Shown here piece after piece: positions 54,945 through 64,000 of a stretch of DNA of 64,000 bases (the stretch's first letter is position 1; each line of letters opens with the position of its first letter). Location: contig MIDP01000039.1 of assembly GCA_001831095.1 (NCBI GenBank), positions 22,621 to 86,620 on the forward strand, given 5' to 3'. Below the pieces are notes generated by a model. The model was not told the origin of the DNA. It saw only the letters and a list, made by a program, of their open reading frames with translations, and did not search any database. The DNA comes from Verrucomicrobia bacterium GWF2_51_19 (GTDB lineage: Bacteria; Verrucomicrobiota; Verrucomicrobiia; Opitutales; UBA12508). A program made the position numbers and the translations under genes.

Positions 54945-55367
54945 TCATTGCTTCAATGCCGAAAGGAGGGCGTGCCAGGCGAGTGTGGCGCATTTGATGC
55001 GGGCTGGGAACTGACGGACGCCTCCGAGCGCTGCTAAATCACCCCATTGGGCGGGGTCGATGGGCGCGTCTCCGGCGAGCATGCCGATGACTTTGTTGGC
55101 GAGTTCGGCCGCCTCTTGCTTGGGTTTGCCCTGGACAAAGAGAGTCATCAAAGAGCCTGAAGCCTGTGAAATCGCGCAACCCTGGCCGGTAAAACCGATG
55201 TCTTTAATGACATCGTTGTCGAGTTCGAGGTCGACGTTGATTTCGTCACCGCAGGTAGCGTTATAGCCTTCCGCCGAACACGAAACGCACTGGATCTTTT
55301 TCTTGTTGTGCGGGTTTTTGTTGTGCTCCAACAAGATGGATTGATACAGCTCAGCCAGTTCGTCCAT
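54945..55367 (-). CDS. sufU: SUF-type Fe-S scaffold protein (SufU/IscU-like)
   Basis: NATCGDEI, GQGCAISQAS and the IKCATLAW cysteine ligands. It lies downstream of sufS. Confidence 0.85.
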   Translation of the reverse strand: MDELAELYQSILLEHNKNPHNKKKIQCVSCSAEGYNATCGDEINVDLELDNDVIKDIGFTGQGCAISQASGSLMTLFVQGKPKQEAAELANKVIGMLAGDAPIDPAQWGDLAALGGVRQFPARIKCATLAWHALLSALKQ

Positions 55368-55369
55368 GA

Positions 55370-56548
55370 TTAGGATAGAATTTTAAGGGTTTTCTCGAGC
55401 GCTGCAACGAGACGGTCAATGTCATCAAAGGTGTTGTAAATGCCGAAGGAGATGCGGGTGGTGCCGGGCTCGTTGAGGCGCTTCATGAGGGGTTGGGCGC
55501 AATGATTGCCGGCGCGGATGGCGATCGTTTCTGTGTTGAGTGCTGTGGCAACGTCGTGCGGGTGGAGCTTGCCCAAACGAAAAGAGAGAATACCCGAGCG
55601 CTTTTTGGGATTGCCGATGATGGCGATGGCTGGAATCTCTTTAAAACGTTTCTGGGCGTAGGCGAGAAGGGTTTTATCGTGCTGCAGGAGAGTCGTTAGG
55701 CCAATCTTTTGAATGTAATCGATGGCAGCACCCATACCGATGGCGCCAGAAATGTTGGGTGTTCCCGCCTCGTAGCGCATGGGAGGCTCGGCAAAGCTTA
55801 TTTTCTCAAAACTGACACGGTGAATCATGCTGCCACCGCCCTGATAGGGTCTGGCGTTCTTCAGGAGCTCCTTTTTGGCGTACAAAATGCCAATGCCAGT
55901 CGGCCCATAGGCCTTGTGTGCGGAAGACGCGAAGTAGTCGCAATCGAGCTCACGAACGTCAACCTTCTCGTGGGCGAGACTCTGTGCGCCGTCGACGCAG
56001 ACAAGGGTTCCGTTGCGGTGGGCCTTCTCGATCAGCTCTTTGAGCGGGTTAACGGTGCCCAAGACGTTGGAAATGTGAGTGACGCAGAAGATCTTTGTTC
56101 GCGGCGTGAGCTTTTTGGCGAAGTCATCGAGGTCGAGGTCGCCGTTGTCGTCGATGTTGACCACCTGTAGCACGGCACCTGTCTTTTTCGCGAGCAGGTA
56201 CCAGGGAACGATGTTGGAATGGTGCTCCATTTCGGTGAGCAAAATCTCGTCCTGCGCGCCCAGTTGCTCTTCAAAGAGGTGGGCAACGAGGTTGATGCTC
56301 TCCGTGGTGTTGCGCGTGAAGATGACAGATTCGGCCCCAATGTACGCCGCGATGCGTTTCCTGGCTCCCTCGTAGAGTTGTGTTGCGTGCTCACTCAGGT
56401 CGTAGATGCCCCGGTGAACGTTTGCATTGAAGCGCTCGTAAAAGTCGCTAATGCAATCGATCACCGCCTGTGGCCGCTGAATAGTCGCCGCGCTGTCGAG
56501 GTAGACCAGTCGGGGATTGTTTTTAAATATGGGAAAATCATCCCTCAT
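55370..56548 (-). CDS. sufS: Cysteine desulfurase SufS
   Basis: Class V aminotransferase with SAHKAYGPTGIG (PLP lysine) and RAGNHCAQP (active-site Cys). Confidence 0.9.
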   Translation of the reverse strand: MRDDFPIFKNNPRLVYLDSAATIQRPQAVIDCISDFYERFNANVHRGIYDLSEHATQLYEGARKRIAAYIGAESVIFTRNTTESINLVAHLFEEQLGAQDEILLTEMEHHSNIVPWYLLAKKTGAVLQVVNIDDNGDLDLDDFAKKLTPRTKIFCVTHISNVLGTVNPLKELIEKAHRNGTLVCVDGAQSLAHEKVDVRELDCDYFASSAHKAYGPTGIGILYAKKELLKNARPYQGGGSMIHRVSFEKISFAEPPMRYEAGTPNISGAIGMGAAIDYIQKIGLTTLLQHDKTLLAYAQKRFKEIPAIAIIGNPKKRSGILSFRLGKLHPHDVATALNTETIAIRAGNHCAQPLMKRLNEPGTTRISFGIYNTFDDIDRLVAALEKTLKILS

Positions 56549-56675
56549 AAAAAGACCTCTGCAAAAAGACCTCTAGCGGCGTTCTCGTCGCTTGGGCTAA
56601 GTCACCTACGTTAGTAGGCTCCTGTCGCCCTCACTCCTCGGGCCTTGCTATAGGTCCTTTTGCAGAGGTCTTTTT
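56549..56675. repeat. R1 repeat, copy 8
   Basis: Arms AAAAAGACCTCTGCAAAAAG (56549-56568) and CCTTTTGCAGAGGTCTTTTT (56656-56675). The apical hairpin is CCTAC gtta GTAGG. The element directly abuts the sufS ATG (56548). Confidence 0.9.
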
Positions 56676-56714
56676 GACTGATAATCTATAGGTTTTAAAA
56701 AATAATGTGCGGCG

Positions 56715-57917
56715 TTAAACGTGCTTACGTAGTGGCTCAACCTGGTTGATCTGTTCCCAAGGCAGGTCGCCCTTTGTGAAGTGGCCGTAGTTGGTCGTCT
56801 TGCGGTAGATCGGGTTGAGGAGGTCGAGCTGGCGAATGATGTCCGATGGCTTGAAGCTGAAGACGGCTTTAACGGCGTCGATGATTTTGGAGTCGTCGAC
56901 GGTGCCCGTGCCAAAGGTGTCAATGTTGATGCTAGTTGGATTGGGGTAACCGATGGCGTAGGCCACCTGGAGCTCGACAATGCTGGCCAATCCCGCTGCA
57001 ACGATGTTTTTAGCGACCCAACGGCACATGTAAGCGGCGGAACGGTCGACTTTAGAAGGGTCTTTGCCAGAGAAGGCGCCCCCACCGTGACGGCCCCAAC
57101 CGCCATAGGTGTCGACGATGATCTTTCTGCCCGTGAGGCCGCAGTCGGCCGATGGTCCGCCCTCAACGAAGCGTCCTGTTGGGTTGATAAAGTACTGGGT
57201 CTTGTCGTGCAACAGGGCTGCCGGCAAGAGCTTCTTAATGACGGCCTCGATGCAAAATTCGCGAATTTCGGCGTGGCTGACGTCCGGTGAGTGTTGGGTG
57301 GAGAGGACAACGTTGTCGATGGCTGCCAATCGGCCATCTTCGTAACGGACGGCTACCTGCGATTTGCAGTCGGGGCGCAACCATTTCACCTTGCCCTCTT
57401 TGCGCAATTTCGCCAAATGACGCGTCAACATGTGTGCAAACATGACGGGGGCTGGCATCAATTCGGGTGTCTCTTTGCAGGCGTAACCGAACATGATACC
57501 CTGGTCGCCGGCGCCCTGTTCTGATGACATCTTGCCGTCGGCCGCTGCCGCATTGACTCCCTGTGCAATATCTGGTGATTGCTTTGTCAGACCGTTGAAA
57601 ATAAAGACTTTGTCGGCCGAAAAGGCGTCACTTGAGTCCGTATAGCCGACTTCGCGGATGGCCTCGCGCACGACCTTTTCGTAGTCGAGGTTTGCCCGAG
57701 TCGATATTTCGCCGCACAGGAAAACGCAGTTGCTCTTCACCATCGTCTCACAGGCGACGCGGCTGGCCTTGTCTTGCGTCAAACAGGCATCCAAGATGCT
57801 GTCGGAAATAAAGTCAGCCACTTTGTCGGGATGACCTTCGCTGACGGATTCAGAGGAGAAATCAAAACGCTGTAACATGAGAGTCCTTTCGTCACCCATC
57901 CAATAATTTTTTGACAA
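56715..57917 (-). CDS. metK: S-adenosylmethionine synthase
   Basis: [42 protein letters not shown]. Confidence 0.95.
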   Translation of the reverse strand: MSKNYWMGDERTLMLQRFDFSSESVSEGHPDKVADFISDSILDACLTQDKASRVACETMVKSNCVFLCGEISTRANLDYEKVVREAIREVGYTDSSDAFSADKVFIFNGLTKQSPDIAQGVNAAAADGKMSSEQGAGDQGIMFGYACKETPELMPAPVMFAHMLTRHLAKLRKEGKVKWLRPDCKSQVAVRYEDGRLAAIDNVVLSTQHSPDVSHAEIREFCIEAVIKKLLPAALLHDKTQYFINPTGRFVEGGPSADCGLTGRKIIVDTYGGWGRHGGGAFSGKDPSKVDRSAAYMCRWVAKNIVAAGLASIVELQVAYAIGYPNPTSINIDTFGTGTVDDSKIIDAVKAVFSFKPSDIIRQLDLLNPIYRKTTNYGHFTKGDLPWEQINQVEPLRKHV

Positions 57918-57932
57918 AAGGGCGAGCTTTTT

Positions 57933-58196
57933 TTAATCAAAAAGCGAAAAAGCGTGGCAACTCTCGACGACAAACCAAATGATGCCCGCCAACACGGCTG
58001 CAATCACGATGTAGAGGCGCAAGCGTCCCCAGCGACTGACGTCGTACTTGCCGAAATCGGCGGAATTGAGGGAGGTGTATTGAGCGCCTACCGTGCGTTT
58101 GGGCGAGCCATCCGTCGACTCATAGTAAATCTCGGCACACTTCCGGTACCGTCTTCTCCGCTTCCAATAAATCAATTTCCACAACCAATGCAACAT
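57933..58196 (-). CDS. Hypothetical small membrane protein
   Basis: 87 aa with a basic N-terminus and one C-terminal TM helix (LYIVIAAVLAGIIWFVV). Confidence 0.35.
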   Translation of the reverse strand: MLHWLWKLIYWKRRRRYRKCAEIYYESTDGSPKRTVGAQYTSLNSADFGKYDVSRWGRLRLYIVIAAVLAGIIWFVVESCHAFSLFD

Positions 58197-58241
58197 AGGT
58201 GTGGGTTTATCTTAATCACAAAGTCAGAGGGCTTGCAAGAT

Positions 58242-60884
58242 TTATTTAACGAGCTTGGCGGACGTTTTCTTGAAAAGTTCCATGGCGAGAATGATACTGC
58301 ATGTCGCGCCCAGCACCGTTACCCATTGTGTGAGTGTGACGGGCTGTATTTTCAGTAAGGCCTGCATGGAGGGGATATACATGGAAAAAATGTGAAGGCC
58401 TTGAGCTGCAAAGACACCGAGGATTAAAAGCGGGTTGTTTTTAAAGGGGACGCGAAAGGCAGAGAGGTACTCGGAGCGACAGTTGAAGACATGGAGGTTT
58501 TCAAACATGACCATCATGAGCAGGCTGAGGTTGCGAGCACTGAACTCATCGTAGCCGCTTTGAATCAAATACCACCAAAAACCAAACGTCACAAAGCCAA
58601 TGACGATCGCCGACAAGACGTTTTCCTGAATCATGCGACGGCTGAAAATACCTTCGTCAATGTGGCGAGGCTTTCGTTGCATGATGCCTTTTTCGCCCTT
58701 TTCGGCGGCGAGGGCAACCCCCTGGAGTCCATTGGTGACGAGGTTGAGCCAGAGTAGCTGTACGGCGGCGAGAGGCATGGGAAGGCCAAAGAAGAGGGCG
58801 AGCAAGAAGAGAATAATTTCGGAAAGCCCTGTGGAAATCAGCAGATAGACGACTTTTCGGACGTTGTCGAACGTGATACGGCCCTCCTCGACTCCCGCAA
58901 CGATGGAAGCAAAGTTGTTGTCGGTCACGATCATCGAAGAGACGTCTTTGGCGATGTCCGTACCGCCGCCCATGGCGACCCCAATATGCGCTTTTCTGAG
59001 TGCAGGAGCGTCATTAACGCCGTCTCCAGTAACGGCTACGCAGTGACCCGCGCGCATGAGGGCGTTGACGATGTCGAGCTTTTGTAAGGGCGAGACCCTC
59101 GCAAAGATCGAGTGGCCCTTGACGACCTCGAGGAGCCCATCTGGAGTCAATGCCGTTAGCTCTTTACCAGTGATCACCTCTTCTCGGGAACGCGCCATGC
59201 CCAGATCTTTACCGATGTGCAGGGCCGTCTCCGGGTGATCTCCAGTGATCATCACAACATGGATGCCCGCCCGCTTACAGACCTGGACAGCCTCAATTGC
59301 CTCCGGCCGCAGCGGGTCAATCAGGCAGATAAAGCCCAAAAAGTGGAGCGCATGCACGTCTTTCAACGAATGGGCGCCCTCTTGTGCGGTTCCCATCGCA
59401 ATGGAGAGCACGCGAAATCCCTGTGCAGAGAGCTCATTTGCCCGTTTTTGCAAGCTGTCCCTGTCCATGTCTGAGACCTTGCACAGGGGAAGCAAAACCT
59501 CTGTCGCCCCCTTGACAACGACTTGCGTGTCACCCTCTTTAAAAAACTTTGCCGCGTAGGCATGCTCGGACTCAAATGGAATTTCATGTGTCACGGAGAG
59601 TGATTTCAAGACGGCCTCAGGCGTCATGCCGTATTTAAAGGCCATCACTAAGAGAGCAACATCGACGTCGTCTCCGTGAAACGACCACTGATCGCCTTCA
59701 CGACGGAATTGGCCCTCGTTGCAGATGACGGCTGCCCTCATGAGCGCATCGAGATCTGCCTTTGCGCCAACCATGACGCTTTCATGATCTTGATAGACTT
59801 TGCCTTCGCCACTATAGCCTTCGCCCGTTAGCGAAAAAGCGGTACCATCGGCTAGGTAAACATTGCGAACCGTCTGTTTGTTGACCGTCAAGGTGCCCGT
59901 CTTGTCACTTGCGATACAGGTGCAACTGCCGAGGCCCTCGGCCGCAATGAGCTTTTTAATAATCACCTGACGCTTCGACATTCGCCAAACGCCTATGGAT
60001 AGGGCGATCGTCAAGGCAGCTGGAAGGCCTTCGGGAATCGCAGAGACGGCCAGGGCGGTGATCAGAAAAAAAGTGTCGAACATCGGCTTTCCGCGGAAAA
60101 TCTCTACAGCGGCAATCAAAATACAGGCCAAAACGACGACATAGCTGATCTGTTTAGCCAGTTTTTCCATTTGCACGAGTAGTGGCGGCTTACTGCCCTC
60201 GGTATCTGTCACGGCTTTGGCGATTTTGCCCATTTCCGTCCGTATGCCAGTTTCGACCACGATGCCCATGCCTCGACCCGAAACAACGACAGAGCCAGCA
60301 AATACTCGATTTTTCTGTTCCGCGATAGGCAGATCCCCTTTGTCGAGAGGATCGATATTCTTGCCAACGGCCATGGATTCCCCCGTCAACAGCGATTCGT
60401 CTGTCAAGAGAGTGTTTACGTGGATCAAGCGAATGTCGGCCGGGACCTTGTTGCCAGATTCCAGAAAAACGACGTCACCAGGAACCAACTGTTCTGCTGG
60501 AATGCTGTGTTCCTTTCCGTCTCGACGCACTTTGGCCCATACTTTGAGTAACTTTTGCAGCGATTCGATGCTCTTTTCGGCCTTCCACTCTTGAATAGTT
60601 CCAATAACAGCGTTGATTGTGATTACCAGAAAAATAAAAAAGCTGTCTTTCTTGTCTCCAATGACGTACGAGAGCACTCCTGCAACAATCAAGATGTAGA
60701 TCAACGGACTCAAAAACTGGTTGATGAAAATACTGATGAGCCCTGGAGCCTTTTTCTTTGGCAAAGCATTTTGACCGTAGAGCGCCGTTCGCTGCTTTAC
60801 CTCTTCAATGCTCAGTCCGTTCCGATCGGATCGCAACACTTCCAAAACCTTGTCAACACCCATTGAATGCCATTCGCTGTCCAT
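58242..60884 (-). CDS. P-type cation-transporting ATPase (type IIA/Ca2+-like)
   Basis: 880 aa with DKTGTLT (phosphorylation site), TGES, MITGDHPETA, TGDGVNDAPAL, and about 10 TM segments. Confidence 0.9.
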   Translation of the reverse strand: MDSEWHSMGVDKVLEVLRSDRNGLSIEEVKQRTALYGQNALPKKKAPGLISIFINQFLSPLIYILIVAGVLSYVIGDKKDSFFIFLVITINAVIGTIQEWKAEKSIESLQKLLKVWAKVRRDGKEHSIPAEQLVPGDVVFLESGNKVPADIRLIHVNTLLTDESLLTGESMAVGKNIDPLDKGDLPIAEQKNRVFAGSVVVSGRGMGIVVETGIRTEMGKIAKAVTDTEGSKPPLLVQMEKLAKQISYVVVLACILIAAVEIFRGKPMFDTFFLITALAVSAIPEGLPAALTIALSIGVWRMSKRQVIIKKLIAAEGLGSCTCIASDKTGTLTVNKQTVRNVYLADGTAFSLTGEGYSGEGKVYQDHESVMVGAKADLDALMRAAVICNEGQFRREGDQWSFHGDDVDVALLVMAFKYGMTPEAVLKSLSVTHEIPFESEHAYAAKFFKEGDTQVVVKGATEVLLPLCKVSDMDRDSLQKRANELSAQGFRVLSIAMGTAQEGAHSLKDVHALHFLGFICLIDPLRPEAIEAVQVCKRAGIHVVMITGDHPETALHIGKDLGMARSREEVITGKELTALTPDGLLEVVKGHSIFARVSPLQKLDIVNALMRAGHCVAVTGDGVNDAPALRKAHIGVAMGGGTDIAKDVSSMIVTDNNFASIVAGVEEGRITFDNVRKVVYLLISTGLSEIILFLLALFFGLPMPLAAVQLLWLNLVTNGLQGVALAAEKGEKGIMQRKPRHIDEGIFSRRMIQENVLSAIVIGFVTFGFWWYLIQSGYDEFSARNLSLLMMVMFENLHVFNCRSEYLSAFRVPFKNNPLLILGVFAAQGLHIFSMYIPSMQALLKIQPVTLTQWVTVLGATCSIILAMELFKKTSAKLVK

Positions 60885-60936
60885 ATGCCTACCATTGTAG
60901 AAAATGCCTGCCAGTTTACAAGCCCAAAGGCTGTTG

Positions 60937-61752
60937 TTATTGGCTGTCCCAGGCGAGCGTTCTATAGTTAGGCGGCGGCTGCACTGCCAGGGTGACAGTG
61001 CCGTTCAAGACCCTTGCGGTCGTTGGGATGGGAATGGCGTCTTGAGCTGTCAGTGTCACGGTATAGGTGCCGTTGGGAAGAGAGGCCTCGTAGGGCCATG
61101 CGTAACTGATGGTGCTATCGATTTCGTGAAAGTAGGTGTAACCGAGCATGGCGTTGACGTCAGTCAGGTTGCCTTTTTGCAGGTTTTCCCGAATGCGGGT
61201 AGAGCTGATGCGGTCTTTTTTGTAAAAATTCGAGAAAAGACCAAAGACGGCGATGTTTAGAGATTCCGCCAGGGCAATCATTTGGGAGAGGTTGCCGGAA
61301 CGCTCATGGCCGAAGTGGAAAGATTCGCCGACATAGATGGCTTCCAGCGTAGGGAAAAAGCGCTTGAGGGCATGGAGAAAGTATTCGGGGGACCTTTGGG
61401 CAAAGTTTTTAGTGAACTTCTTTTCTAAAATCACCTGAATGCCGCTATCGCGCATTTTCCGAAAGAGAACGGACCTCGGAAAGAGAAGTAAGGTGGGGGC
61501 TTCCGGCATCAACACCTTTCTCGGGTGAGGGGAAAAGGTTAGAATGCCAGAGATGCCATGACTCTTTTTGGCGCCTTCAACCGCTGCCCGAATGACGCAC
61601 ATGTGGCCAACGTGTAGGCCGTCAAACATGCCTACGGCGAGGTGAAGCGGTCGATCGCCGATTTCAGCAAAACGCGTTCCGGATGTTTTCACAGCAAACG
61701 AGGGGGTTAAGCAATACGAGGTGGAAGTGCTCGATAGGGGGGTATCAGGCAA
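60937..61752 (-). CDS. ribF: Bifunctional riboflavin kinase/FMN adenylyltransferase-like
   Basis: The N-terminal FAD-synthetase block [17 protein letters not shown] is present, in the usual position after truB. The C-terminal kinase half is poorly conserved and the start is uncertain (46-nt overlap with truB). Confidence 0.6.
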   Translation of the reverse strand: MPDTPLSSTSTSYCLTPSFAVKTSGTRFAEIGDRPLHLAVGMFDGLHVGHMCVIRAAVEGAKKSHGISGILTFSPHPRKVLMPEAPTLLLFPRSVLFRKMRDSGIQVILEKKFTKNFAQRSPEYFLHALKRFFPTLEAIYVGESFHFGHERSGNLSQMIALAESLNIAVFGLFSNFYKKDRISSTRIRENLQKGNLTDVNAMLGYTYFHEIDSTISYAWPYEASLPNGTYTVTLTAQDAIPIPTTARVLNGTVTLAVQPPPNYRTLAWDSQ

Positions 61753-62411
61753 CTTTCTATGGCCAGTTTATCCATGCTTTCAAAGACGTCAAGCTGGATC
61801 GCATCTTGAATTGATAGATGACCGGAACGGGTGCGTCTAAGGGCTGTCAAATGCGCCCCACAGCCGATTTTTTGGCCGATATCATGGACGACGGAACGCA
61901 CGTAAGTCCCCTTCGTACAATGCAGGCGGAAGTCGAAGGACGTCAAATGAAAGTCCAACAAGGAAAACTCCATAATGCGGATAAAGCGCTTGGGCCGCTC
62001 GACCGTCTGTCCTTTGCGTGCCAACTTATACAGTGGTGTTCCATGTATTTTTTTTGCGGAAAACATGGGTGGCTCCTGGTACTGATCGCCCAAAAACGGT
62101 TGCATAAACTGTTTGAGATCATCGGATGTCAAAGATGGAACATCCTGAATAGCAACGATTTCGCCATCAGCATCGTAGGAGTCTGTGACTTCTCCAAGTT
62201 TCGCCGTGCCCTCGTAGACCTTGTCCAGCCCCATCAACGACTCGGACAACTTTGTCCCCTTGCCAACCAGAACGATCAACAGCCCCGTTGCCATTGGGTC
62301 GAGCGTTCCAGCGTGCCCGACTTGCTTGATGCCAAGCTTTCGCCTCACGCGGTAAACGACGTCGTGTGAAGTGATGCCACGGGGCTTGTCTATTAAAAAG
62401 ATCCCATTCAT
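61707..62411 (-). CDS. truB: tRNA pseudouridine55 synthase
   Basis: [17 protein letters not shown] and [17 protein letters not shown] 62411 is preferred over TTG 62438. Confidence 0.9.
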   Translation of the reverse strand: MNGIFLIDKPRGITSHDVVYRVRRKLGIKQVGHAGTLDPMATGLLIVLVGKGTKLSESLMGLDKVYEGTAKLGEVTDSYDADGEIVAIQDVPSLTSDDLKQFMQPFLGDQYQEPPMFSAKKIHGTPLYKLARKGQTVERPKRFIRIMEFSLLDFHLTSFDFRLHCTKGTYVRSVVHDIGQKIGCGAHLTALRRTRSGHLSIQDAIQLDVFESMDKLAIESCLIPPYRALPPRIA

Positions 62412-62459
62412 TGGTATGGTGTTGTACAACAAAGCCAACGCTTGTCAATTAAGACCGTT

Positions 62460-62581
62460 AAGACCGTTGCAAAATGTCCTCTAGCGGCGTTCTCGTCGTT
62501 CGGGCTAAGTCACGTACCAACGTACGCTCCTGTCGCCCTCGCTCCTCGGGCCTTGCTATAGAACCATTTTTCAACGGTCTT
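62460..62581. repeat. R1 repeat, copy 9
   Basis: Arms AAGACCGTTGCAAAATG (62460-62476) and CATTTTTCAACGGTCTT (62565-62581), with an extra AAGACCGTT duplicated at 62451-62459. The apical hairpin is CGTAC caac GTACG. Confidence 0.9.
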
Positions 62582-62623
62582 ACACATCATAAATTATTAA
62601 TAAACAAAGATTTATGAAGCATG

Positions 62624-62733
62624 TTATCAAAGCTTGGCTTTGCGCGAGCACGGACCTGCCGTAGTGTACATAGATGTACGTGTGGCCAGTCGGCGAAGCG
62701 TAAAACGAGTTTGCACTGCATTTTGCATATGCG
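62624..62733. repeat. R2 repeat (left arm missing)
   Basis: TCAAAGCTTGGCTTTGCGCGAGCACGGACCTGCCGTAGTGTACATAGATGTACGTGTGGCCAGTCGGCGAAGCGTAAAACGAGTTTGCACTGCATTTTGCATATGCG aligns with 3700-3800. Confidence 0.75.
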
Positions 62734-62768
62734 TCAACTTTGGCACCGTAATTGCTTCTTTAGGAGTT

Positions 62769-63515
62769 ATGGAAATTGGAATGTATGGCAGCGCGGGGGC
62801 ACTGAATGCGTTAGAGGCTTGGCAGCAGGTGCTCTCACACAACATTGCTTCGAGCACGGTTTCGGGGTTTAAAGCTACCGAAGTCGCCATTGAGGGAAAG
62901 CCAATGGCCAAGATGGAGTCCGTCTCGCAATCGGCCTTTCAGCAGATCATGGCTGGCACGACACCCAAAGTGGTTGAAAAGGTCAGCTTCAAGGACGGCC
63001 CCATTATGCAAACCGGCCAGGAGACTGACATTGGCATACAAGGCAAGGGCTTTTTCAAGGTCAGGACATCGGGTGGCAAGGAGCTCTACACGCGCGATGG
63101 CCAATTTCACTTTAATGCCGATGGCACGCTCGTCAACGCCGCTGGACATGCGGTCGAAGGCGACGGTGGCCCCATTGTTCGCGATATCACCAAGGGTCCA
63201 ATTCAGATGAACAAGCAGGGCCAGCTCTATCAAGGCAATGATTCTGTTGGTTCACTGGCCCTCTTCGACATTCCTGATTCCGCCAAAATGTTGCGCACCG
63301 AGGGTGGATTTATTCCCGAAGACCCCTTTACAGGCATTTCGAGAGTCACAGAACCTCGCTTCAGTCAGGGCTTTGTCGAGCAGAGCAACGTCGCGCCCAT
63401 CAACGAAATGGTCAATTTAATCAAGGTCAGCACGCTTTTCGAAGCCAACCACAAGGTCATTCAGGAAGGCGACAATCTTCAATCAAAGGCGATTGATAAC
63501 CTCGGTTCCAAGTAG
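62769..63515 (+). CDS. flgF: Flagellar basal-body rod protein (FlgF-like)
   Basis: AGGAG SD 3 nt upstream of the ATG at 62769. N-terminal rod motif ALEAWQQVLSHNIASSTVSGFK and C-terminal rod domain ...QGFVEQSNVAPINEMVNLI. Confidence 0.8.
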   Translation: MEIGMYGSAGALNALEAWQQVLSHNIASSTVSGFKATEVAIEGKPMAKMESVSQSAFQQIMAGTTPKVVEKVSFKDGPIMQTGQETDIGIQGKGFFKVRTSGGKELYTRDGQFHFNADGTLVNAAGHAVEGDGGPIVRDITKGPIQMNKQGQLYQGNDSVGSLALFDIPDSAKMLRTEGGFIPEDPFTGISRVTEPRFSQGFVEQSNVAPINEMVNLIKVSTLFEANHKVIQEGDNLQSKAIDNLGSK

Positions 63516-63555
63516 ATACCATGAGATACTCACAACTTATTGATAACCAATGCCT

Positions 63556-63675
63556 AAGACCTCCTCAAAATGAGCCTATAGCCAGGCCCGAGGAGGGAGG
63601 GCGACAGGAGCCTACTGACGTAGGTGACTTAGCCCGAGCGACTAGAACGCCGTGGGCCATTTTCAGGAGGTCTTT
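63556..63675. repeat. R1 repeat, copy 10
   Basis: Arms AAGACCTCCTCAAAATG (63556-63572) and CATTTTCAGGAGGTCTTT (63658-63675). The apical hairpin is CCTAC tgac GTAGG. The right arm ends at the flgG ATG. Confidence 0.9.
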
Positions 63676-64000
63676 ATGTTCCTAGCACTTACAACAGCAG
63701 CCACCGGCATGGAAGCCCAGCAAATGTACTTAAACATCATTGCTGACAACCTCGCCAATGCCAACACGAATGGTTACAAGAAGACCAAGACGGACTTCAA
63801 GGACCTGATGTACCAAAACCAGGGCCTGGGCGCAGACACCGGCACGGGCGCCGTCACGCCAAACGGCATTCAGATTGGCAATGGCACGCGTCTGGTCTCT
63901 ACCAGCAAGGTTTTCACGCAGGGCCAATTGACGCAAACTGGCGAAGAGATGGACTTTTCTATCGAGGGTGATGGTTTTTTTGAAGTCGAGATGCCAGATG
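63676..64000 (+). CDS. flgG: Flagellar basal-body rod protein FlgG, N-terminal part (runs off window end)
   Basis: Hand translation gives MFLALTTAATGMEAQQMYLNIIADNLANANTNGYKKTKTDFKDLMYQ...QGQLTQTGEEMDFSIEGDGFFEV. Confidence 0.85.
   Translation, partial: MFLALTTAATGMEAQQMYLNIIADNLANANTNGYKKTKTDFKDLMYQNQGLGADTGTGAVTPNGIQIGNGTRLVSTSKVFTQGQLTQTGEEMDFSIEGDGFFEVEMPD

Noticed and set aside
378-63675. Whether the recurring ~120-130 bp repeats could be a CRISPR array or arrays.
   Set aside because: Copies are kilobases apart, occur in both orientations, each occupy a separate intergenic gap, have no regular spacer length, and have no cas genes nearby. They are dispersed palindromic elements, not a CRISPR array.

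Overview
This 64 kb window is mostly housekeeping chromosome from a diderm, flagellated bacterium. LptA/LptC-like, TolB-like, KdsA, YidC and FlgF/FlgG are present; I cannot assign a taxon from sequence alone. It holds about 60 protein genes and one tRNA-His. I saw no rRNA, CRISPR array, prophage, or transposase/integrase gene. Recognisable blocks are pntAB-pntB and trpS; lptC-like/lptA; rph and rsmD; an oppDF-like ATPase pair; rpmH-rnpA-yidD-yidC-yebC-rpsT; accBC; glgB; ftsQA; dnaE; ybeY/7TM-HD/HIT; ybaB-holA; ruvA-dapB-kdsA-pyrG; sufSU; metK; a P-type ATPase; ribF-truB; and flgFG. The unusual content is non-coding. Almost every intergenic gap over 100 bp is filled by one of three interspersed repeat families that I delimited by eye, roughly 4 kb in total by hand tally. 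R1 is a ~123 bp nested hairpin found at 10 sites, with compensatory substitutions in its apical stem and copy-specific but self-complementary outer arms. R2 is a related ~130 bp imperfect palindrome found at 9 sites or fragments. L is a modular unit bounded by CCTCAATCATTAG termini, carrying an A5-GC-TTGACT-T5 box, an AT-rich leader and a GC-rich 31-codon core; it occurs at 3 loci plus fragments. R arms overlap the stop codons or last codons of dnaE, accC and rsmD. R arms also supply the Shine-Dalgarno sequence directly upstream of yidC, sufS and flgG. Other notable items are a HEPN/MNT pair that appears to have replaced one end of an L element, and an RtcR-like CARF protein with a degenerate AAA+ domain and no GAFTGA or HTH. 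Several operons also look incomplete: pnt lacks pntAA, two ABC loci lack permeases, and ftsQA lacks ftsZ.
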